Positions 54,220 to 64,000 of a DNA stretch of 64,000 bases are shown piece by piece. The translations under genes were made by a program, and so were the position numbers. The notes below the pieces were generated by a model that was given only the letters and a program-made list of their open reading frames with translations, was not told the origin of the DNA and made no database searches. Source of the DNA: Octopus vulgaris (lineage: Eukaryota). The stretch is from assembly GCA_951406725.2 (NCBI GenBank), contig OX597834.1, positions 27,590,001 through 27,654,000 on the forward strand, written 5' to 3'. The number at the start of each line of letters is the position of its first letter. The first letter of the stretch is position 1.

Positions 54220-55119
54220 CACGCATACAGGACATCAAAAAAAAAACGTTAAACACAATGAGAAACGAAAACATAAAAACAAAATCATGGAAAACGAACT
54301 TTTTTCTGAACAACGAAAAAACAAACAAACAGAGAAACGAGACATGCAACATAAAGAATATTCCCCTTCTTCAGTTGTCCCTATTTCAATAACTCCACGT
54401 TACGAAGGCAAGGACAAGACACGACTTCATTGAAACAGTTAGGTATTTTGTCTAACCATCGCTAGGGCTCAGTTCATCCAAGCCAAACCAGCACAACCGG
54501 CGCTCTTCAAGATATTTTTAGCCTTCTCTGTGTGAAATCTCAAAGATAGGATCTTCACATTCCTTCAATATAATGAAACACTGGAAATTCTTTCTCGTTC
54601 TGAGTTTTCCTTCTTTTTCTTTGTTTTTTTTATTGTCGACATTGACCAAAGAATATTTATATCGGAAATTACCGAAAAAACAACCTGCCTATTGCTGCAA
54701 ATAATATGGGTACTGTCCCGCTTCTATGTGAGATTTTAAAAACCAGTAGTCTTTAATTGTAAAAGAAAGAAGAAAAATAAAGAATTATTGAACGAAAGAA
54801 TGAAAGAAAGAAAGAGAGAAAGAAAGAAAGAAAGAAAGAAAGGTGGAGGAGGATGAGAAAGAAGAAGAAGAAGAAGAAGAAGAAGAGGAAAAAGAAAAAG
54901 AAGAAGAAGAAGAAGAAGAAGAAGAAGAAGAAGAAGAAGAAGAAAAAGAAGAAGAAGAAGAAGAATGGAAAAATACAAATGGATGATGGCTAGACACATC
55001 AACAAAAATTGAAGGAGAACAGGATACAAAAAAAAATGAGCGGGAAAAATGGATGAAGAATTGGAAAGACACTGCTGGAAGTGAAGGAAGACAAAACAGA
55101 GAAAATGAGAAAGAGAGAA

Positions 55120-55153
<34 letters not shown>

Positions 55154-55741
55154 GGGGTAAGCTGAGAGGGGGCGAAAGTGGAAATGTAAAGGAAACATTT
55201 CTTTAGAAGGTTCAGCTTTAATAATGGCTAATGACTATTCTGATAATATAAGATGTCTGACAGGTTATTTCCGGTCTGAAGTTGTAAAGAAGAATACAGA
55301 ACGAAAAAAAAAAAAAAAATCACATGGAAGCAAGAAAGAAAAAAAAAAACAAGACAGTATGAAAGAAAAGAAGAAATTAAAAAAATGCTACAGCGAATAT
55401 ATGACGATTTGACTGGAAGTGCCTGATAGAGTGGGTCAGAAAAGGATGGCTTCTTCCTTAGACGAGAATAAGACGCTGACAAGATGGCGGAAGCAGTTCT
55501 AATCGCATTTGATATTGCCCAACGGATAAACGTCGTCAAAAATGAAAAATGGTGTTCCTTTAACACGCTCTGACATTATCGTCATCATAATAATAATAAT
55601 GTGTGTGTCATTGTGTGAGTGAAAGAGACGGAGTGCGTTTGAGTGTAAGTGTGTGTGTGTGTGTGTGTATGTGTGTGTGTGTATGTGTATGTGTGTGTGA
55701 GACACTCTTAATATTATCTTGCCTTTCTCTCGTTTGCTTTC

Positions 55742-55789
<48 letters not shown>

Positions 55790-56507
55790 TCTCTTACATC
55801 CTCTCTTTTTCCTTTACTTTCTCACATTTACCTTCTGATTCCAATCCTCTCTTACTTGCTCTCCCCACTCTCCTCCTATGCCCTCTTTCTTACTCTCCCT
55901 CTCTCCCTCTCTCTTTCACTTTCCGTTTGTCTGTGTCTCTTATACTACATCTCCCTTTCTGATTACCTCTCTATATTTTTCCTTCTTGTCTTCCACTCTC
56001 GCTATTGCCATCTGTGTATCTTTCTCTCATTTTCTCCCATCTCTTATACTGTCTTTCTTCTCTCTCTCTCTCCCACCACTTCATATTTCAGCTATCACCC
56101 ACTGTCATTTTTTTGCATCGCCACTTGGAGGTCACATACAGCTGTTGCTTGCCTATTACTACCCCTCCTCATGCTAATGCCACACAGTAATTAATTAGCT
56201 TTTCGTATATTCTCCTCTTTCTCTTTCTTTCTCTCTTTCACTATTTATCTATCTATCTATCTATTTATTTGTCTGCTTGTCAATCTATTATATTCTGTTC
56301 TATCTATCTATCTATCTATCTATCTATTTATCTATCCATCTATCTATCTGTCTCTTTGTCAGCCTGTCTTTCTGTTTGTATGTCTTTCTGTCTGTCTATC
56401 TATCTATCTATATATCTATCGATCTATCTATCTATCTACCTACCTACCTACCTACCTACCTACCTACCTACCTACCTACCTACCTACCTACCTATCTATC
56501 TATGTAC

Positions 56508-56583
<76 letters not shown>

Positions 56584-57238
56584 GTATTTGTCTGTCTGTC
56601 TATCTATGTATTTGTGTGTCTGTCAATCTATCGATCTATTCTATGTATCAAGCATTCTGTCTCTCTGTCTTGCATACACACTCATACACACAACAACAAC
56701 AATTTACACTTCTAAATAATCGCACCTCCAGCCCCGATTCTGTCTACAAATCTCTATTTTCCTTTAACCGCCACTCACCAATCACAGATACTCTCTCTAC
56801 ACACGCAGACAAGCACATACATGTACACATTGATTCACGTAAAGAGGCACATATACATACATACACACATACAGCACAGCGTGTACACACATACACGCGC
56901 CCGCACATACATTCACCCCAACACCTCTTCCTCCTTCTCATGACCTTTTAATGGTTCTCTCTTCACTTCCTACAAACATCTAAACACGACTGTCGTGCAC
57001 TAAAGTACAAGATTTATGCATGTCTCAGCAACTTGGTTCGACGAAGCGGTTTCAAATCCAGGTCGAACTTCTATCGCACTCTCACTTCCGCTACGAAATA
57101 TCGATTCCAAAAATATGGCCGCCATGTTACATTCGCTAAGCAAAGTTTTATTGTTCCACCACCTCAATACAGCAATAGTCTGACAAGTTTAAATTTCAAT
57201 GTCTGTGTACTTCACTTTTATTCGACTCAGCAGCTACG

Positions 57239-57380
57239 GGTTGGATGAGGCCTCGAAGCAGGCCCTTGCACCGGGTGGGTTGGGTGGACATAATTGGGGA
57301 ATATTTCCAGAGGTACAATGTCACCTTAGAGGATGCAGAGGGAGTGGCCCGGGCTCGCCGGAGACGGAGCGCAATGTAGA
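57239..57380 (+). pseudogene. RTE-clade LINE 3' end followed by a GAA-rich tail
   Basis: Frame GWMRPRSRPLHRVGWVDII...LEDAEGVARARRRRSAM* resembles the RTE C-terminal RPRGRP..W.D..A.DR..W motif. Confidence 0.65.
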
Positions 57381-57469
57381 AGAAATAAAGAAAGAAAGAA
57401 AGAAAGACAGAAACAAAGAAAAGAGGAGGAGGAAGAATAAGAATAAGAGTAAGAGTTAGAAGAGTAGTT

Positions 57470-57784
57470 GGAGGAGGAGGAGGAGGAAGGAGAAGAAGAA
57501 GGAGGAGGAGGAGGAGGAGAAGAAGAAGAAGAAGAAAAAGAAGAAGAAGAGGGAGAGGAGGAGGGAGAAGAAGAAGAAGAAGGAGAAGATGAGGAGGAGG
57601 AGGAGGGAGAAGAAGAAGAAGAAGAAGGAGAAGATGAGGAGGAGGAGGAGGAAGAAGAAGAAGAAGAAGAAGATGAGGAGGAGGAGGAAGAAGAAGAAGA
57701 AGAAGAGGAGGAGGAGGAGGAGGAGGGAGAAGAAGAAGATGAAGAAGAAGAAGAAGAAGAAGAGGAGGAGGAGGAGGAGGAGGA
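57470..57784. repeat. (GAG)n/(GAA)n polypurine tract
   Basis: Direct reading. Confidence 0.95.
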
Positions 57785-58301
57785 TACCTGGTAAACCTGG
57801 TCGGCTATACGCATGATGATATCTCTGGGACCACTACTCTCGGATGGCCTTAGTTTCATCAAACGAGAGCATGAAGCGAAGCGAAACGGGCAGGTTCGAT
57901 GTGGCCTAGCAGTTAGAAAGGCGCCGGTTACAGAGTCCAGGTAGGCGGGACTAAGTACCACAAGGCACCAGATCCGACGGTTTTACACTTTTTCCAATTT
58001 ACCACCCTCTATTGGTATTCTTTTATCTTCTCAATCATTCAAAGGATGAAAAATGACGTTGACCCCGATGAAATTTTAATTTAGAATGCACAGGGAGCTG
58101 GAACAAATATCACAGGGCATTCCGTTCAGTGCTCTACCGATTGTGTCAATCTGCTTCTCTGATTCGTTACTTTTACATTTTCAATTCAAATAATGCCGAA
58201 GACGATTTTTTTACCTTTTGTCCGCTTTATTTCAGTTTCCTGCCATGTTTTCACGTTTGTCCGTTTCTTGAGCGTTCAGGTAGTATATTATCATTATTGC
58301 T

Positions 58302-58838
58302 ATTGAGTGAGAGAGCAGTACTTGCCATCAAAGTGACACTGGGGTAAAATATATGAAGCCCAGTATACCCGTCGTGACTACCCGTCTGATAAGAGTACAC
58401 CACACACATGCATCACAACCATATGTGCGCGACATGGTGATTTCATATCAAGATAAACAGCGCATGACCTAGAAGGTGGGGGCCCAGTTAGAATTTGCTT
58501 CAGGACGACTAGCCCAACCTGCTCAAAAGATCCCTGAATAAGGTTTGTTTAAGGATGATGAACAAACACCCATGTTTCCAAATGTTAATTATCCAAACCT
58601 CTAAGAATCCCTCTCAACACATGGCTATGATGCTCCCCCACTACTTCTGCTCGTGATCAGAGATGCACATATCGTCAGCCACTAAGGGACATGGTCAACT
58701 GGTTAAGGTCAAATAACTGACAACTAAATCTGTGGTATTGAGCAGAATATTTGCTGTAGCCCATCTTTTATACCAAGACAAAACGACGTACATGATAACA
58801 CTTCCAATCCAGTTAAGATTAGAAGCCATGTGAGCCAC
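58302..58838 (-). mobile_element. Unclassified repeat family E
   Basis: Collinear with 8430-9032. Confidence 0.75.
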
Positions 58839-59198
58839 ATTATTATTTAAGGCGGTGAGCTGGCAGAATCGTTAGCACGCCGGACAATATGCTTAGCCTC
58901 GTTTTATCATCTGAGTTCAAATTCTGCCAAAGATGATTTTGCCTTCATCCTTTGGGTATATTCAGTCAAGACAGATGTCAGCATTTTATACATAGTTGTT
59001 AAACATATTATGAGTCTATAATTTTTAGTTCATTATTATTATTATTATTATTATTATTACATTGGGCAAGCTCTCATGAACCTTTACAAGCATTACTCGA
59101 AGAAGGTGAGTCAAGAGACGATAGTGCTGCCATTTAAGTGCGTGTTCATAGAAAGATGGACGAGAATGACACGACAGGAGAGTTTCAATGGATCAACT

Positions 59199-59447
59199 TA
59201 ATACCTATGTCTGTCCTTGTTTGTCCCCTCTGTGTTTAGCCCCTTGTGGGTAATAAAGAAATAGGTATTTCGTCTGTCTTTACGTTCTGAGTTCAAATTC
59301 CGCCGAAGTCGACTTTGCCTTTCATCCTTTCGGGGTCGATAAATTAAGTACCAGTTACGCACTGGTGTCGATGTAATCGACTTAATCTGTTTGTCTGTCC
59401 TTGTTTGTCCCCTCTGTGTTTCGCCCCTTGTGGGCAATAAAGAAATA
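59199..59447 (+). mobile_element. SINE family B, headless partial dimer
   Basis: Tail-to-body junction AAAGAAATAGGTATTTCGTCTG, identical to the other multimers. Confidence 0.85.
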
Positions 59448-61023
59448 AGAAACTATTAGCAGAAAAAGGGTAATAGCCTCGTACAAGGAGTGAACCTGTA
59501 TCGCAAGATTCGCAATAATTTCTGTTTGTCACTGGCATCTCTGTGATTTTCTTCTTAATAACACGAAAGTAATTATTACTTATGATTTTTATTATCGTTC
59601 TCCATCGGATTCCTATTTAATGTAGACCCTTACATTTTACGCTAACAACCAAAACGGTTTTGATGTTTCTCTCCTTCGAAGCTAAACAGAATTGCTTCAC
59701 CAATCAGGAATTGAAGTTTTGTAACAGTTTCCCATTTTCAAGATTACTTGCTGTTGCAACTGCTGTTGTTGTTACACTAATAATCGTTGTTGTCTCCGCA
59801 AAGAATGGCAATATTTTCACGGCATATTAACCTAGTCTAGCAAATCATTCACATCCATGCACCTGGATGCACACGCCTGTTATCAGATCTTTATATGTTT
59901 GCCAAAAGATTCGTACGTCCTTTTTAGAAGACGCTCCAACGAAAAGTGGTTCTTTCTCTTTTACGCGGTGTAAATATATAATAACGTGTGCCTTACAACC
60001 AAACCTTTTTTTTGAAAACTCAACCGTATCCTCGCTTCTGTTTTACTCAACAACAAACAACAGAAAAGCTTTGCTTCTGTCTTTCGGTGGGTGATGGGGG
60101 AGAAAGCCTTAGTTTAGTGTCTCTCCCTTCAAGCTAATTACAAACAGATACTAAATTTAAACAATCTCCGCCATTCTTCTTGGCCGATAATTTCCTTTTC
60201 TTTAACTTTTAATCAGTCAAGCGTATCTGATATCTTTCGCTTTTTCTTTCACTTTTATCTCATTCTCTTTTATCCTTCTATTTTTGTTTGTCTTATATGT
60301 TTATCATTATGTTTTATTATATTTGTTAATATATTTGTTTTTCTCTTCGCTTAAACATGACAATCTAACATCCGATACAATGCTATCTTCCACTAATTCC
60401 CTACTACGACCGCCATTTCTTCCGACAATGCTTCAATTAATCTTCTTCTTCTTCTTCTTCTTCTTCTTGTTCTTCTTCTTGTTCTTCTTCTTCTTCTTCT
60501 TCTTCTTCTTCTTCTTCTTCTTCTTCTTCCACCTCCTCCTCCTCTTCCTTCTTCTTCTTCTTCTTCTTCTTCTTCTTCTTCTTCTTCTTCTTCTTCTTCT
60601 TCTTCTTCTTCTTCTCTCCTAATAGTGTTTATTCTTCCTTTTGCCTTGTTTCATTCCTTCTTTTTCCTTCGTTCTCTCTACAACATGTCATATCTTTATA
60701 TGTATTTATATGTATTTATATGTATGTGCATAGATATATATATATATACACTTATGTATATAAGTATGCATCTGTATACTTAGTGTGTTTGGGTGTGTGT
60801 GTATGTATGTAAAATCCATTGTATCACTATTCCATCCCTCTCATTCCCGCTCTTTATCATTCATTATCTCTCTTCCACTGTTTCTCCCCTTTTTCAGTAG
60901 AAACAGCTTGATTTATTACTGAATAACAAACGGTGCTGGGGAGCATTAAAGACTACAGTTTCAGTTAAGAAAATTTACCCGACATGGAAACAAGGACACA
61001 CAAACACACACACACACACACAC

Positions 61024-61292
<269 letters not shown>

Positions 61293-61454
61293 TGTCTTCA
61301 ATCACGTTATTTAAATAGACGTATTCGTAAACGAAACGTTGTAACTTTCAGTGCCGGCTCTAAATTCTATTGAAAACCGTTGGAGATAAACTTCAAAGTC
61401 TTTGTATCTTACTATTAACACAAAAGTAGGAAACAGTGCCTTTATCAGCAATTA

Positions 61455-61527
<73 letters not shown>

Positions 61528-61731
61528 TACATATATATATAAGTATGTATAAATATATATATATGAATACATTCATACATACACACACAGTCACACACAC
61601 ACATAACGTATGTATGTATTTATACATATATATATACTTGCCAACGCACGAAGTTCTCGGACCTGCTACTTCAGACAAATACTAATAAACAATATGCGTG
61701 TGTGTGTGTATGTATTTAATGTATGTTTGCA

Positions 61732-61761
<30 letters not shown>

Positions 61762-61762
<1 letters not shown>

Positions 61763-61988
61763 GGTCTACCTTTTTAGTATGTGATCTCGTCTGTATCACT
61801 AGCGATTGTTTTCCCCTGTCTTCCCTTTCGGGATCTTTCCTTCTCCTATGTTTCCGACGAAGTGCTCCGCTCGAAACGTCAAACCCTCCTTCTTCCCTTC
61901 TTTCCTGAGCGTCCAATAATACTTTATTTGTTCCACGTCCTTGCGTTGTTGTGTCTTTTCGTTCTTGTTTTCTTGTTTGGATTAACTT

Positions 61989-61993
<5 letters not shown>
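61762..61993 (+). mobile_element. Penelope-like insert in (TA)n with hammerhead fold (61850-61884)
   Basis: GTTT-CCGACGA-AGTGC-tcc-GCTC-GAAAC-GTC-AAAC; (TA)n on both sides; distantly related to family D. Confidence 0.68.
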
Positions 61994-62056
<63 letters not shown>

Positions 62057-63583
62057 AACACACACACACAGAGGCGTGGCTGTTTAGCAAAACATTTACT
62101 CCGAAACACGGAGTTCCAAGTCCAGTCCGACTGCATGGCACTTTGGTCAAGAGTCTTCCACACAAGAAAAACTTGTGAGTGGTGGTAGACGGAAGCAGAC
62201 GATTGCTTTGAAACTCGCTCTCTCTTCTTATAGTTTACACTTATTTACCCCTCTTTCCTTCATTCCTTCTGTCTTAAATCCCTTCTCCCTTTCAATAACT
62301 TCATATCTTGACTGCAAAAATTCATCATATCTCTTTATTATTCTCCTAGCTTGTACTCCTTTCTTTCTTTTATTATATTGTCTTTCACCTGACACCACTC
62401 TTCCTTCTACATCTCTCCTCCTCCTACTCTTCCTTCTCCTCCCTGTATGTCTGTCTATTTGTGTATCACTATGAATTTATTTTTCACGCTATCTACTTAT
62501 CTATCTATCTATCTATCTACCTACCTATCTATCAATCTATCTATCTATCTATCTATCAATCAATCTATCTATCTATCCATTTATTTCTCTATCTACTTAA
62601 CTATCAATCTGTCTGTCTGTCTATCCATTTATCTGTCTACTTATCTATCTATATATCTGTCTGTCTATCTATATATCTGTCTACCTATCTATCTATATGT
62701 CTATCTATCTATCTATCTATCTATCTATCAATATATCTATCTATATATCTATTGGTCTGCCTATCTGATTACCTGTCTTGTCTGTCTATCTCGCTGCCTG
62801 TCTACCTATGAATCTGACTATCTGTCTGTCTATCTTTTCATCAAATAGTCTGTTAATATTTCTATTTCTCTCTCTCTCCTGCTCTCCTTCTCTCTCTCAG
62901 TCCCTCTCTCTCTCACTCTCTCCCTCTCTCACTCTCTCTCACCTCCTTCTCTACCACCACCATCATACAACCACAAACTCAGTCTCTCTCTCTCTCCCTC
63001 ATCCAAACAATCACTCATTCACAACATTATTTTTTACGTTTTCAATCCCCTCTCTTTTACTCCTTCCATCTTTCTGTCTTCTCCTATCCATTCCACCCCA
63101 CCAATCTCCTTCATTCACTTCCTCCAACGCTACTTTAAATTTACATAAAGTCTTATCGTCTGCCCTCTTCCATTCCAATATTTGCAACGCTCCAATTGGT
63201 TTCAAGCAGACGACATACAGACAAAATTTAATGAAGCTAACACAATCTTGTTAAGTCCACTTAACACAACAGCAACAACAAAAACTACAACAAAAACAAT
63301 ATACTTGATGACGATTGTTACAATAATCGTGATTATCTTCTTGGTTGAAAATATGTTAGGCAACTCCGAGTTTTTTTTTTCTTTTTCTCTGTTGCAATAT
63401 AATTCTCTTCTCCCCTACATCTCTCTCCGTCTCTTTCCATCTCTCTGTCTGTTTGTCTCTCTTTCTGTCTTTCTCGCCCTCTTTGCGTGTGTCTCTCTCG
63501 CATATATGTACGTACAGAGGCTCATATGTTTGTATATTTGTGTGTATGTAGATATATATGTATGTATTTAATGTGTGCGTATG

Positions 63584-63629
<46 letters not shown>

Positions 63630-63630
63630 A

Positions 63631-63715
<85 letters not shown>

Positions 63716-64000
63716 AAGTATATATATATATTATGTATGTATATATATATATATATATATATTATGTATATATATATGTATATATGTATATGTATACATA
63801 TATTATGTATATATATATATATATATGTGTGTGTGTGAGTATATATATATTTATATATATACATATATATATATATATATGTATATATAGATACATATGT
63901 GTATATATGCATATATATTCGTGGGCGTGCACACGCTCACACGCAGAGAAATATACAGACACACCTACACACAGACACACACACACACTCTCATACCTAC

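Noticed and set aside
55484-55573. Gene start MAEAVLIAF...
   Set aside because: The frame closes after 29 codons with no clear splice donor or homology.
57468-57794. Acidic poly-Glu protein
   Set aside because: A GAG/GAA microsatellite following an RTE tail.

Overview
AT-rich, microsatellite-saturated animal genomic DNA. The tRNA-derived SINE families resemble those I recall from octopus/cephalopods (inference). No host protein-coding gene, rRNA, bona fide tRNA or CRISPR array is supportable; nearly all listed ORFs are translated simple repeats. Real content: (i) at least three tRNA-derived SINE families in many copies, some with TSDs and head-to-tail multimers; (ii) three non-autonomous Helitrons; (iii) non-LTR retrotransposon pieces: an internally deleted Tx1/L1-like element in (TCTA)n, a 5'-truncated R4/Dong-like element with an open C-terminal ORF in (TAA)n, older R4/Dong fossils and an RTE tail; (iv) a Tc1/mariner transposase fossil split by an apparent 1.7-kb inversion, plus two MITEs; (v) minisatellites. 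The most interesting signal is a set of short inserts, mostly in (TA)n tracts, carrying minimal type-I hammerhead-ribozyme folds with recurrent non-canonical cores (CCGANGA, CUGUNGA) and/or long fold-back inverted repeats, consistent with Penelope-like element termini.
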